A stretch of DNA of 64,000 nt, taken from assembly GCF_009914755.1 (NCBI RefSeq), contig NC_060925.1; one strand, given 5' to 3'. The notes beneath the pieces were generated by a model that saw only the letters and a list, made by a program, of their open reading frames with translations, was not told the origin of the DNA and searched no databases. Position numbers and translations under genes: made by a program. Shown here in pieces: positions 25,134 through 39,683 of the stretch. Numbering within the stretch: position 1 is the stretch's first letter; each line of letters opens with the position of its first letter. This DNA is from the human T2T-CHM13v2.0 reference genome, Homo sapiens.

Positions 25134-26707
25134 GTAAGGATAAGATTAAAATAAAATTGAAATCTTAGTACAAAATTTTAGGCATGTGAGAATACTCTTA
25201 CTTTTTAAAGTATGAGAGTTAAAACCAGGGAAAGCCATGCTGTGATTAAATGGATCAGTCTGTGGGATCAAAGACATGAAAATGGAATGAATGTAAAGTT
25301 TATATGTAGTGTTTTTTTCATTTTTCATGAGGACTCTTACATTTAATTGTATAATTTGATATTTATAGAGTAGAAGGTTTCCATATTCCTAGATCAGTCT
25401 CCTGTTGGAAGAGAAAATGATGTTTTAAAAGATCTGAATGTTTACTATCACATCCTTTTATGTGGTTGCTATAATTCATGCATTTGGAGGAAATTTGAAT
25501 TGAATGACTTATAAGATTCTATATTTTTTAACGCTTTGCAAAAACAAATTAAAGGTCCGAAAGTGAAGACCATTGCATTTTCCAAGAGTGAAACAGTCCT
25601 TGATAAAATTTGAGGTTTTGAAATACTCCTGCATGGCTTTTATTAAAAAATGCAGTTTGGGGACAGAACTTGTGAATGATTAGGTCAATATAGTGGGAAA
25701 ACATGTCTTGTAGAGGTTCAGAGTGAAGTTTCACTGTTAGAATCTTACAATTCACCCCTTACAAAGAATAGCTAAATGAAGACTATGGGAAATGAAGTAA
25801 CAGCTTTGTGAATAGAATAGCTGGGCACATGTTTACTTACTCTTGAAATGCAGGGCCTTGCTATTAAAACTAGATTGACAAATGAGACATAGTTCTGGAA
25901 ACCAAAGCTGAACTTTTTACTCTTTTTGTTGAATCTAAATCATGAAACTCCCACTCTCAAGTGTCTATGGAAAAAGACGATATGGCTGGACTTTAAGAGG
26001 GATATTGACTAAGTTTATTGACTTCACTGCTTGGAATGGAAGAAAAAGATAGCAGGGATTATTGCATAAGAACAGGAATTGAAGGAGGAAATATGAAGAG
26101 GAACTACTATGCATGGATTTAGAAAGTGAAAGAGAGAATGTAGACCTCCCCCTCCCCCTGCCAAACATGGCCCCCTCAATATCTCAGTCCAAATAAACTA
26201 GCAACACTTTCTCATCTGGGAAAGTGCTAAAAAAGAGACATACGTAGGGAAGTAAGTTTGGAAGAATACTTCTTCCTTTGTGGGTTGAGTGGAAATGTGA
26301 GAGAAGAAAAAAGATTTTCTTTATAGTTTTATTTTACATGACCACCTATTCTTTAAAGGAAGTCTTGAGAGATGCTTCTTTAAATCTTGATATTCTGTAA
26401 AACATAGTTTTAAAAATGCTTTTAGCTGATATAACCACAGTAACATAGAGAGTTGACTTAATGTAATAGAGCTATTGAGTTTAATTTCCAGATGTGATTA
26501 CTGAAAGGAATAACCTTGGAATAGAAAACATGAATCAGGAGAGGGTTAAGACAACTATCCAGATAAATGTATATCAAACGATCTTATTGAGAGAAAAAAC
26601 ATTTTATTGAAATAATTTAGTTAACGTGATTAATATGAAGGCATATATTAATAAAAATAATTAACTAGAAATACCTATGGTAAAAAATTTTAAAACTTTT
26701 TTATTGG

Positions 26708-26847
26708 GTTTTTTTCAATGTAGCATCAACAAAATGCAGTATATAGTTGCAGGAATGGTAGTCACTGTGAAATGGACATGTACATGCGTAGAAAATGTCA
26801 AGAGTGCAGACTGAAAAAGTATAAGGCAGTAGGAATGTTGGCAGAAT
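26708..26847 (+). pseudogene. NR1H5P: NR1H5P exon: zinc finger 2
   Basis: Reads GFFQCSIN(frameshift)[38 protein letters not shown], then |gtaagt. Acceptor is GG (26706-26707). 1-nt deletion near 26731. Confidence 0.95.
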
Positions 26848-27409
26848 GTAAGTGCCATGTGTTTTGCTTTTTTCTGAGGCGGATTTTGATTTTTTTTACC
26901 TTACTGAGAACTTAATTTTGAATGTCTACTTATTTGTTTGGATTTAAGCTATTTCTCTAGCAAACTACTCAATTTGGATGGCCAGTTACGAATGTAAGTA
27001 ATTATTTCCATAGACCCTGCTCCATATTATCTTGCTCTAATTTTGGAAATAATCACATTTTCTTCTTAATTGAAAATCCTTGTATTTTCATGTTACTTAA
27101 CCTAAAGTCATGTATTGCATCTAGAAAGAGGACAATTTTAAGTCAGTAGTTTCCAAAAGCTTACAAGATACCTAGTTATGTAGCATCTGCTGGTAATTAA
27201 CACACAAGTGTTAAAACTCAACTCTATAGGCAGAAGAGTATGTAATCTTTTTGAATCCCTTCTATGTTCACTGTGTTTTTTGCTTAGATTATATGATGTT
27301 ATTTAATCCTTACAGTAGTACTACAATTTTGACATAATTTCCTCAATTTCTCCTATTCCTTGTGGCTTACTTTTTTAATTAATTTTTTTCTTCTTTCCCT
27401 CCCTCCCTC

Positions 27410-27690
27410 TTTTTTTTTTTTTTTAGACAAGGCTTGCTCTGTTACCCAGGCTGTGAGTGCAATGGTGCAATCACAGCTCACTGCAGCTTCCACCTCCGGC
27501 CTTAGCTTCTCGAGTAGCTGGGACCACAGGCACATGCCACCATATCTGGCTAATTAAAATAAAATTCTTGTGTAGAGATGAGATCTTGCTTTATTGCCCA
27601 AACTGGTTTCAAACTCCTGGGCTCAGTGATCTTCCCACCTCAGCCTTCCAAAGTGCTGGGATTACAGGCATCCCATCATGCCCAGCTAAT
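27410..27690 (-). mobile_element. AluJ
   Basis: Diverged Alu dimer. Confidence 0.85.
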
Positions 27691-28043
27691 TTTTCTTTAA
27701 AGAGTACTATTAATGTTTTCTTTTCATGTCTAATCTAGCCTTGTTCAAACTCTTATTATTTTGCATTTATGCTATAATATTAGTTTCCTGGCCATTTCTT
27801 CCTTCTCTCTTTTTGGTCAATCTATCTTTAGCTGTCATAATAATCTTCATTTTTTTATTAAGCTATACTCTTGTTCAATAAATGCCCATGCAATATTCCT
27901 TTTATTTCATACTGATTATTATAAAACCCAATCTCTCTTGTCAAAGTTCTTCATCAAAAGGATTCATATTACTTAAAATTTCAGATATGTTATAAATCTT
28001 AAGGTTATCCTGTCCAACTAGCCTGAATCCTTCACTTTAGCCC

Positions 28044-28414
28044 TGTTTTAGTTAGCTTGAGTTGCCATAAGAAATACCATAAACTGGGTGGTTTAAAAAG
28101 ATATTTATTGTCTTACAATTCTGGAGGCAGAAGTCTGAGATCAGGGTGCCAGCACAGTTTGGTTCCGATGAGGGCTCCCTTCCTAGCTTGCCGATGTCTG
28201 CCTTCTCTGTGTGTCCTTACACAGTGGAGAGAAGAAAGAGCAAGCTCACCAGTGTCTTTTCTTAGAAGGGCACAAATCCCATCACCAGAGCTCCACCCCT
28301 CATGACCTTATCTAAACATAATTACTTCCCAAAGCCTCCATCTCCAAATTCCATCACATTGAGGGTTAGGGCTTCAATATATGAATTTTGAAGGATACAA
28401 TTCAGTTCCTAGCG
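28044..28414 (-). mobile_element. MLT1A-like MaLR LTR
   Basis: tgttttagtt...aaataccataaactgggtggttta...ttagggcttcaatatatgaatttt...attcagttcctagc. Confidence 0.85.
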
Positions 28415-29023
28415 ATCCCTGGTAAGTTGTCTTTTAACCTATACATGAAAACCTATGTGAAAGGGAACTCATTTTCTCCCAGGACAATCCATAAATGAAA
28501 TCAGTCCTCCTTTCCTCTAAACTTGAAGGAATTATTCCAAAATTGAAAAAAGAGAACCTATATGAGTGTTGCTGTCATGGAATATGAATATAAACATTAT
28601 TCAAATGTTATTTATATGCTTTCCAGTCTCCCACTGCATCTTTCTATGCCTCTCTCTCTCTCTCGTTTATCCTTCTACATTTGAATTCCTGGCTGTCCGA
28701 CCCCATATTCTAGGTAAAAGGAGTTTTCATCAGGAAAGCCCTGGATTTTTATGTGGCTTGGTTTCATTCCATAAGCATACAACTGAAATGATGGAACTGG
28801 AAAAAGATGAACCAAAAGTATTAAATACACAGTACATTCCTATCTTCATAGAATACAGAAGTCCCAGTAAAGTAATCGGCATATCATTAAAACTTTGTGA
28901 TTCCTATGGAGTACACCAAGCTAGTACACTTGCTTCTCAAGCATTTGGTGCCTATTTATCTGAGAGGTGTGTTCACAGAACAATGTGCATATCTCTCTAG
29001 ACTTAGGTCTGCTTAAATCTATA

Positions 29024-29647
29024 TGTGTCAAATAAAACACAGAACAATGGAGATATTTTATTTGAAAGGCGCACTGCAAGTGGGGAAGGGACTTTTGCAA
29101 TAGGGCAAGGGGGACTACTGCAATAGGAAGAATGCTGTAGTTAAAAGATACACAAGCAATTCAAGAGTTAGGCAAAAAAGAGTTTTATAGAAAGGAATAA
29201 ATAAAGCTAGAAAGAACTGATTACAGAGTAGGATAAAAAGGTGATACGATCAGATAATGTATCAGAGAATGTTTTACTCTGAGTCTAGCCTAGTCTCAGA
29301 AAGCTATGTTTGCTGGCTCAGGCTTAGGGTGGATCAAAGTTTCAGGGCCTGGAGCAAGAAATGAAGGTTAGCCGAAGTTTTATTGATACATATTTTGTTT
29401 TGATTGATCAGTGGGGATAAAACAGTTAAGATAATCATTCAGGAAGCAGAGAATGTGAATTTGCATGGTCTGTGTCTGCCTTTGTCATAGGTAAACAAAG
29501 GGGCATCCACGAGTCTTACCTAAGTCAGATTGGGAAAGGTAGTTCTTTGCAGGAAGCCATTTTCCAGAACATAGAAGGATGGGAAGCTTCCTTTAGCTTT
29601 CGCTATTTTATATGAGCATGGGACTCAGGTAAAATTTGAAATTGTCA
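29024..29647 (-). mobile_element. Probable old ERV1-class LTR
   Basis: TG...CA-bounded ~620-bp segment with LTR-like text. Family not confidently recognised. Confidence 0.4.
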
Positions 29648-30584
29648 AGACCTAGTGATTTGAGGGTTGCCCCACGTTTGCCCTAAAGTAATGCATGACT
29701 TTGTTTTTATGATCCTGCCACCATTACCATAGATATTCATACTACACTCACCATTAAATTGAACTAATATACTTTTTTTTTTCACTTTCGTAAGTAATTA
29801 TAGAAGCCTGTGCAAACAGAGCTTGTACGACATTACTTTCTTTCCTTTGGAGTCCTAATTCCCTTGCCATATGATGATACTTTAAGTATCTGAATATAGC
29901 TATCTTGTTCCTCATGAATTCCTTTCTCTCATTTTAAAGTATCATGTCCATTACCAAACATGGTAATCAAACATGTGCAAAGCAGAGTGGAATTCAGTCT
30001 TTATAGGTACTATGGGTTAGGTATATTAATATAGTTTAAGAACACATTGGCTTTTAAAGGTGGCTGCTCTGTAGATCCCTTTTTCTCTGTTTTAATCTCA
30101 GCTCAATCTTATTGGCTGCTAGTAAGGCTGGACCCTGAAACTATTATCTCATATTGAGCTAAGTAAGAGTTGACAGACTACCTCCTTTTGCTTGTACATG
30201 TACTGCTATTAATTTACTGTTATTAACCAGTTCAGTCTACAAAGTTCAAAAGTTGTATGCCAAGGACAAATTTGATTTATTAGCAAGAGTGTGCCCTAAC
30301 CACACTCTGAGGTATGATTACCGTAGGATATCCCAGGTAGTGGAAGTTATTTGAAGTCAGATGAGTTGTAATGTCATGGTTCCAGATTATTGGTGAATTA
30401 AAATCCTAGCCAAAGGTTGCAGACATAGGAGACCAAGTCCTCTACTTTCAGGGGAGCTGGTGAGATCTAAGAATGTTTATAGGCCACTAGAAAAATAGGT
30501 TAGGGCTCAAGAGAAGGTTTCACTCTCACTGGGGAGCTGAACAGAAAGCTAATAAAAATAAAAAATAGAACCGACCATTTTCCA

Positions 30585-30765
30585 CATGTCTTACTTAATT
30601 CTCACTATAACCACAATGAAATACGCATTTTATCATTCCATTTTATGGATGAGGAAAGCAAGTCATAGAGTCACATAGCTAACTAGGTGGTAGAGCCAAC
30701 ATTCAAATCCAGGCATGCTGACCAACTCCAGTATTGGTTATGTTAAACATTATGTGGTGCTACAG
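30585..30765 (-). mobile_element. MIR
   Basis: cattttatggatgaggaaagc...gtcacatagctaactaggtggtagagcc core. Confidence 0.75.
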
Positions 30766-31804
30766 TCAGAAATACAATGTGTGTGACTGTGTCCCCCTTC
30801 ATGTTATTCAAGATTGGTTCAAAAACATTGCAAAGCCGACCCTGCAGGTTAAAGATACTAGCACTTCCTGCTAAAGAGCATTGGAAAAGTCAGGGACTGA
30901 CATCATGTGCAGGTCTTAATATCTATCCTCAGTAAACTTTTCCTTTGTTACATTTCAGCATAATATTCAGTCTGAAGAGCTTTAAAAAATTTTTTTTTGT
31001 CATATGATGTTTGGGTTATTTAAGATAACATTGACAATTTGATCCATAATGTGGTTTAAAATATTGTCTAGAACTAGATGAAATATGAAACCTTATGACT
31101 TACCATTAAAGATATTCTTATAGACTGGCATTCATCTATTTATCAACTTTCTTTGAATATGGTTCCTCAAGTAGTTATTACTTTACACCAACAATCTTGA
31201 ATCCAACCTACATCTCCATCCTGGCTCTAAGCATATATTAAGAGGACTTGTGAAATGACGTGTTAAATTCCATATATACTTTGTCTAAAGTATTTCCTTG
31301 ATCTTCCATTCTAAGAATCCTGTCCAAGACAGAATTGAAATTAAGCTGACATGATTAGTTGTTCTGTTAATTTATACTGGGTTTCACTGATTATTGCTTT
31401 TCCTTTTGAGTTTCCATAAACAAATTGTTCAGATGTAGTTTGTATGAAATTTATCTTTCTGCCTCTTTTTGAAAATCATCATGAAGCCTTCTGACTTCTA
31501 ATGACATTTCCCTTATTATCTGCTATTCCTTCAATATCAGACTATAGTTCAATTCTATAGAAACTAATGTTTTTCAGTTGAAGAGATATAAATGCATTAA
31601 GAACACTTGCCTTTAAAGAATTTTTTCACCCATTTAGATGACGATTTTATTTTGTGCTGTCCAAAAAGGTTGACTTGTTTCCTTTAAGTTGTCGTCAATG
31701 TTACATACAGGCACCAAGCTGTGAGTCTCATTTCTTGCTTTGGATGTAACTAAAAACATGCCCTTTTCCCATATATCATGGACTCCATTTTGACATGGCT
31801 CCTT

Positions 31805-32067
31805 ATTTTTTTTCTTTTTCTTTTTCCTTTTTTTTGAAAGGACTCTTTTTCCTTTTTTTTTGAAACAGACTCTGTTGCTCAGTCTGTGGAGTGCAGTGGT
31901 GTGATTACAGCTCACTGAAGACCCGACCTCCTGGGTTCGGGTGATCCTCCCACCTCAGCCTCCCGAGTAGCTGGGACTACAGACACATACACCACGTCTG
32001 GCTAATTTTTATATTTTTTGCAGAGATGGGGTTTCACCATGTTGCCCCGGCTGTTCTCAAACTCCTG
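31805..32067 (-). mobile_element. 5'-truncated AluJ
   Basis: TSD catggctcctt at 31794-31804 and 32068-32078. Confidence 0.9.
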
Positions 32068-33188
32068 CATGGCTCCTTTCTTTAAAGGAGTCTATAATTT
32101 CTCTTTCCAAACAGTTAATTCTTGTTAATTTGAAATCTTTCCGGAGTTGAAATTCTTTACCACCATTTCCTCTTGTGCCTGTGTAAGACTTTATGAATTT
32201 ATTTTTCACCCTTTCATGACTTATCTTCACTTCTCTGCCATTCCCTTTTCCTTTAGGGTACTCTTCTTTCTCATAACTAAAACCTCTTTCGAATATACCT
32301 CTTTAGTAAGCCTCCCCACAATTAATTCCCTCTGATTCTAATGACTCCTTTTCTTTATATAATTTTTGCATTTGTGTATTCAGTTCTAATTATTTTAATA
32401 TTTGATATTCCTTAAATGGCTTCATATTTTGATATATTCTTGTTTCCCAACAAAATAATGAAATAATTTAGAAAAAGGCTAAGGCTTTTGTTTTTTTTCT
32501 ACCTCAGCTCCTGATATACTTTTTATGTGATTGGTATGTTTTAAACACTTATGAAAAAATGACGAACATAATAAATGATAAAGATTAGTATTTGGTTAGT
32601 TTTAGTAGTTGTTTACAACAACTGTTGCTCTTCAGGTAGAAGTTCTAGTTGAAGATTCAAAGATGTGTAAAGGTGGCAAGTCAAAAATAAAAATTGTTCA
32701 CTTTATAAAGAGTGTCCACTGCCTTGTCTTGATTATAAGAAAAAAATTGACTGAGCTGATTTTGAACACCACAAGATACTCTCTTGACCGTATGATGTAA
32801 AAATCAAAGATAAAAGCCTGTAGCTAAGGTAGTTCAACTGCTTTATGAGTTGATATTTTATGTTGTTTCCAAAATATAATTCATGTGAAAATTGTTCTAA
32901 TATTAAACAGTCTAAATTTATAATTTGGAGATTTAAAATTAATGTATAATTTATGTCTAGGATCACTGTGTACTTTTAAGTAGGCAAGATAGTTGTGGAA
33001 TGAAAAGGAGAAAGTAATGTAGTAAATGTAATTGCTATGTACATACTTGCCCAAAAGAAGGATTCTTTGTAAAAAGACAAGTCTATGATGATATATGTAT
33101 ATATACATGTACAATATAAGAGAATTTTAATCCTATCATGTTATCTGTCATACCAGAAACATTTTATATGAATTTTGTAATAACACAG

Positions 33189-33331
33189 GTTTGCTCACAG
33201 AAATCCAATGTAAATTAAAGAGACTTCAAAAGAACTTTAAGGAGAAGAATCATTTTTACTCTAACATCAAAGTGGAAGAGGAAGGAGTAGACCACAGTTT
33301 TCTATCATCCACCACTAGACCTGGAAAAGTG
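33189..33331 (+). pseudogene. NR1H5P: NR1H5P exon: T/A-box and hinge
   Basis: cag| acceptor. Reads CLLTEIQCKLKRLQKNFKEK...SSTTRPGK(V). Donor is either GT at 33329 or GC (gcaagg) at 33332. Confidence 0.88.
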
Positions 33332-33430
33332 GCAAGGCTTTTCTTATAAAATTTGTTTCTTTAATTATGGTGTTTTGTTTAATAATTATGAATTCTATAT
33401 TTATAATTTTCCTCCTATATTTTCTTATAG

Positions 33431-33531
33431 ATTCAGGAAAGCATGGAACTAACTGAAGAGGAACATCAGCTCATTAATAACATTGTGGCTGCTCATCAAA
33501 AATATACCATTCCTTTAGAAGAAACAAATTT
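33431..33531 (+). pseudogene. NR1H5P: NR1H5P exon: LBD helix 1
   Basis: tag| acceptor. Reads IQESMELTEEEHQLINNIVAAHQKYTIPLEETN, then |gtatgt. Ends out of phase with the next exon. Confidence 0.9.
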
Positions 33532-33664
33532 GTATGTGTTCATTACTGAAAGAAATAATGTATAATTATGTTAGGAAACAAAGGCATAAGCATAACAGTT
33601 TAAAATTTCAAAAGATACTTGAAAAAATAAAATTCATTAATCTTATTGCTTTTTTATGGGTTAG

Positions 33665-33764
33665 CTGCAGGAACATACAAATCCTGAACTGAGCTTTTTG
33701 CAACTCTCAGAGACAGCAGTCCTACACATACGTGGGCTAATGAATTTTACCAAGGGGCTCCCAG
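33665..33764 (+). pseudogene. NR1H5P: NR1H5P exon: LBD helix 3
   Basis: tag| acceptor. Reads LQEHTNPELSFLQLSETAVLHIRGLMNFTKGLP-G, then |gtaatt. Confidence 0.92.
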
Positions 33765-33884
33765 GTAATTACCTTTGGGAAAAATTAATTTAATACTTAA
33801 GTTAATTTTATAAAAAGTTCCCTGTTTTAAGGGAAGTGGATATTTTAGGAAAAGGAAAAAAACCCTCTATTTTTTCACCAATGT

Positions 33885-34136
33885 TTTGTTTCTTTTTTCT
33901 TTTTCTTTTTTTTTTTTTTGAGACGGGGTCTTACTCTGTTGCCCAGGCGGGAGTGCAGTGGCATGACCACGGCTCACTGCAGCCTTGACTTCTCGGGCTC
34001 ACGTGATCCTCCCACCTCAGCCTGCTGAGTAGCTGGGACTATAGGCATGCACACCATGCTCGGCTAATTTTTGTATTTTTTGTAGACAGACGGTTTCACC
34101 ATTTTGCCCAAGCTGATCTTAAACTCCTGGGCTCAC
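33885..34136 (-). mobile_element. AluJ (truncated)
   Basis: Alu text after poly-T. Confidence 0.88.
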
Positions 34137-34214
34137 AAAGCTGCCTCTCAATGCAAAAACGTGTTTATTTTGTCTGCTTTAATCAGATGGGTGAAAATCT
34201 AAATATTAAAAAAT

Positions 34215-34870
<656 letters not shown>

Positions 34871-35329
34871 GAAATTATTAAAATGACTTCAAAGACTTGA
34901 GAGTTAAGACAATCAAAAGGTTAATTGCTTATTTTTGGAAAATGACTTTTTTTTTTCTATAATGCATGTAACAAAGAAAATTCCCTGTACAATACTGAAA
35001 AATCAAACCGCTGTTGGCCAAAACTTAGCTATCTATTTACATGTACAGATATCTCATCGTAAACATAAATTCTTCAAGGCTAAATCAACTATGTTTAATT
35101 TGCTTTTGCCACAGGAAAAATATTATTCAGTTCTGATAAAAGTGCCCCAAAATATTACCATGTGGAATCAAGAATTTATTTCAAATTTGAAATAACATAT
35201 TATGATTATTCTAAGGGAGCATTTAGGATTCATACTATTATATGAATAATTTAAAATGTTAAAATACTACATCTGAAAATTATCTTTTGATTATCGATTT
35301 CAAACAATTATGTGATCTTCTCTTTAAAG

Positions 35330-35443
35330 GATTTGAAAATTTGGCCAATGAGGATCAAACTGCACTACAGAAGGGATCAAAAACTGAAGTGATATTTCTC
35401 CATGGGGCCCAACTTTACAGTCAGAAACAATCAGCCTCTGAAA
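35330..35443 (+). pseudogene. NR1H5P: NR1H5P exon: LBD signature motif, helices 4-5
   Basis: aag| acceptor. Reads GFENLANEDQTALQKGSKTEVIFLHGAQLYSQKQSASE, then |gtaaaa. Overlaps ORF 35287-35490. Confidence 0.93.
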
Positions 35444-35830
35444 GTAAAAATGGATTTTTTTCTAACTTTAATGTTAATAGTTACTGTTAAATTTAGCAAC
35501 AAATTGTATAACATTGAGCTATTTTTTATTTTAATTTTGCCAGTTACTATAGGCAAAATTACTTAATAATAGCTCTTCACAAAAAGCTATAGTTTTATAA
35601 AAAGCTATTTTTTATTATATAGCATCATGGAAAACACATTTTTGGAGGGTCTCCTATACAATCTTTCTATAAACTAAAAACTATTAATTTAACTTCTTGT
35701 TTCAGTAATAAAAATTATAAATCTATCATTTGCTGGGAGTATTTCTGATCTAACAACTATGCTGGATTCTGAAAGATTGAGTTTAAAGATTAGAAAAAAA
35801 ATCAGGCTTTATATTTTTCCTTTTTACTAG

Positions 35831-35956
35831 GTTCTGTGAGAATATTAAATCATTCAGATTATACACCAAATTGTCACAATAGGAGTGGTGATAGAAGTCT
35901 TATTTGTTCTATGGAAAAATTTTACAATGAAGAATGTCCTTCTACTACTCTAATTG
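35831..35956 (+). pseudogene. NR1H5P: NR1H5P exon: FXR-beta-type LBD insertion
   Basis: tag| ... |gtaata, 126 nt, phase 1-1, open frame SSVRILNHSDYTPNCHNRSGDRSLICSMEKFYNEECPSTTLI. Sits between the helix 5 and helix 7 exons. Confidence 0.8.
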
Positions 35957-36110
35957 GTAATATGACTCAATATGAAATATTATATTGGATGCAAAAATTT
36001 GTATATAATGTTTAACTTTCTTATACTGCTTTGAGATACAATGATAATTTCCATATGTTTGATTCTACCCTATGTTTGGATGAAAATACATTTTCGTATC
36101 AGTTTTTTGG

Positions 36111-36220
36111 GTGTTACTGAAGAATTTATTACACACTGTTTTACTTCTACAAAAGAATGAGCAAACTTGATGTAACTAATACTGAATATGCTCTGCTTGC
36201 AGCAACAATTGTTTTTTCAG
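36111..36220 (+). pseudogene. NR1H5P: NR1H5P exon: LBD helices 7-8
   Basis: Reads GVTEEFIT(frameshift)LFYFYKRMSKLDVTNTEYALLAATIVFS, then |gtaaaa. Acceptor is GG (36109-36110). 1-nt deletion near 36134. Confidence 0.92.
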
Positions 36221-36429
36221 GTAAAAACTTTTTTTCAGGTAAAAACCATTCAGTGGTAAAAATCTGTATTACATTTGGCAATGAAATGATGAGGTTTGTG
36301 GTTACTAAATTATTAATTACAGCCAAATGTACCAATTTTGTTTTATCACAATTTCCTTCTCTACAGGAGCATTCCTTTAAGCTTATATACATGCTATAAT
36401 TTTTTGCAACTTAAAAAAACGCTTTCTTG

Positions 36430-37925
36430 ACCTCATATCCACTTTCACCTACTCTTATTTCTCTGTTCCACTTTACAGAAAAAAATTTCTTTAGAGGGTT
36501 GTGTATACTCCCTTCTCCATTCCTTTTGTTAACTCCTAAACCCTCTACAGTAAGATTATGTCCTCTCCTCTCCACATCACCATAACCAGTCAATATCTTT
36601 GGGATCTTGGCATTGCTGATTCCAGTGGTCAATTCCTAGTCTTCAGCTTACTTGACCCATGAGCTACATTTGACAGATCACGTCCCCTCTCTTAGAACAC
36701 TTTCATCACTTGGCTTCAGTTGATCACTTCTTCCTTCTTGACATGCATGTTTTTTTCTTGATTTCCAAGACCCCACACACTCTTGATTTTTCTCCTTAGT
36801 GGTTGCACTTTCAGTTTATTTTGTTAATTCCTCTTCATCTCCCACAGAGACAAATGACAAGAATATTCCAGGGCTCAGTTCTCTTTTTTCTGTACTCACT
36901 TTCTTTGCAATTTCATCCTATCTCATGGCTTTAAAGGCCATGTATATGCTGACCACTCCTAAATTTATTATATATACCAACCTGGAGTGCTCTCCCAAAC
37001 CCCATTAAATAGCCTATTCAAGATTTTAACTTGGATATCTAGTAGGCATATCAAATTTAACACGCTTGAAAGTGAATTCCTAGTTGCCTCCCCCTCCATC
37101 CTTCTATATTTGTTCTCCATCTCTGCTAAATGGTATTTTCCATCCTTGAAGTTGTATAAGCTAAAATTTTTTGTCATCCTTAACTTCTTTCTTTCTCTTA
37201 TACCCATATCAAATATACCACAAATCCCACTGGCTCTGCTCTCAAAATATATCCAGAACTTAACCAGAACTTACTATTTCTATCTTTACCATCCTAATTT
37301 AAACTACTCTCCTAACTGGCTTTTTCTGTTTCTGCCCTTGCCTCTCTACAGTCTATTCTCTATACAGGAGCCAGAGTAATTCTTTGAAAATGTAAGTCAG
37401 ATCATGTGATACCCCTCAGCTCATAACCCTTAAATGGCTTCCTATTTTACACAGATTAAAGCCAAAGTTCTTTTCATCATTGCCTATTACTATTCCTTTT
37501 GCTTATTCCATTCCAGCCATGCTGCTTTTGACGCAGATATTCCTAAAAAATTTCAAGCAGGCTCCTGGTACAGGTTCTAGTGTATTTGATAAGTCTTCTG
37601 CCTGGAAACCTCTTTCCCCAGATAGTCACATGACTCCCTTATTCACCATCTTAGATTTCCGCTAAATGCCATTTTATCTCTGATTCGCCTTTGAAAAATT
37701 AGTTACCACCCCTTACCCTAAATTCTTATCCTCCTCCCTGTTTTTTTTCCTCTATAACACACCACTCTGCTATATTACGTTATTACTTTAAAAAATGTGT
37801 ATATGTCTCTTTCCTCCCCAACTGCTCTCAGACCCAGAATATAAACTCAGTGAGGGGAGAAAATTTTGTCTGTTATGTTCACCGCTGTATCGCTAGCACA
37901 GTGACTGGATGGATGAATGAATGCT
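36430..37925 (-). mobile_element. L2 (L2a-like)
   Basis: Typical antisense L2 text (ccagagtaattctttgaaaatgtaagtcagatcatgt), ending in gaatgaatg. Confidence 0.8.
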
Positions 37926-38069
37926 GCCTAAACATTAATAAATTATTGATTGGCTCTTATATTTTACAGCTGGATACTTGAACAACTTTGCCTTTTATTT
38001 ACTGTTGATCTTGGGAAAATTACTGAATTTTTTTAAGTTTCAAGTAAGCCCTTGGCTGCTTTTATATTC

Positions 38070-38407
<338 letters not shown>

Positions 38408-38691
38408 TGACCCTTCCTTCCTATGTAACTTAGTGGAAATTACTTAATTTTCTAGGTTTCAAGAAGCTCATCTGGAAAATGGTGATAATAATAGAACTTA
38501 CCTCATACAGTATTGTGACTACTACATAAAATAATACATAGAGGCAAGTCACTTAGCATAATATTTAGCATATATTAAGGGCTCAGTAAATATTTGTTTT
38601 TTGTTATTTAAAAGCTGCATTGTTTTAAAAGATTATTTATCTTTTGCTACTTTCCAATATACATTAAGATAAATATGATGATATTTTTCAG

Positions 38692-38936
38692 ATCGTCCAT
38701 GCCTTAAAAATAAGCAATATATGGAAAATTTATAAGAACCAGTTTTACAAATATTGTATAAGTATTCAAAAATGTATCATCCAGAAGACCCATAGCATTT
38801 TGCCCATCTCATATGGAAGCATACTGAACTGAGAACTCTGAATTATAACCATTCAGAAATACTTAGCACTTGGAAAACAAAGGACCCCAAATTGGCTACT
38901 TTACTCTCTGAGAAGTGAAATTTGTATTCTTGCTGA
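38692..38936 (+). pseudogene. NR1H5P: NR1H5P last coding exon: LBD helices 9-12
   Basis: cag| acceptor. Reads DRPCLKNKQYMENL*EPVLQILYKYSKMYHPEDP*HFAHLIWKHTELRTLNYNHSEILSTWKTKDPKLATLLSEK*NLYSC*. Premature stops at 38733, 38793 and 38916; probable ancestral stop at 38934-38936. Confidence 0.94.
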
Positions 38937-38988
38937 AATTTTAGAATGTTGTAGTTTGTTTTAAACTTCCTAAATCTGAATTGTTTAC

Positions 38989-39038
38989 CATATAGGATGA
39001 CTTTATCATATAGGATGACTTTATCATATAGGATGACT
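38989..39038 (+). repeat. 18-bp tandem repeat, ~2.8 copies (catataggatgactttat)
   Basis: Identical units starting at 38989, 39007 and 39025. Confidence 0.95.
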
Positions 39039-39324
39039 GATTTGGACAACATGAACGGTATTGCTGTGTTACCAATATATGACCGTAAAATGGACATCAT
39101 CAATGCTCATCAAAATTTTATGAAAATTTTGTGGAATATAGAACTATCACTGAGGGATATCTAGGATTCTTTTTATGATTGGACTCAAAAGAAGCAAAAG
39201 TTGTTTCCTCATGTTTCCTTCAAAAGGAGCCAGAGAGTTATTACCTGAAGAAGCTTCACTTTTTTCATTCAGTAAAACATTGAATGAAAATATATAAATT
39301 TATGGATATAAGAAAGGCTAGCTA

Positions 39325-39683
<359 letters not shown>

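Noticed and set aside
24899-25168. ORF with a nuclear-receptor zinc finger as a stand-alone gene
   Set aside because: It starts at TTG after an in-frame stop and runs into an intron. It is one NR1H5P exon.
28566-29000. Longest ORF in the track (144 aa)
   Set aside because: GTG start, low-complexity content, no recognisable domain, and intronic position in the pseudogene.
29700-31700. CR1/L3-like fragments
   Set aside because: Similarity is faint and boundaries could not be placed, so not listed as features.
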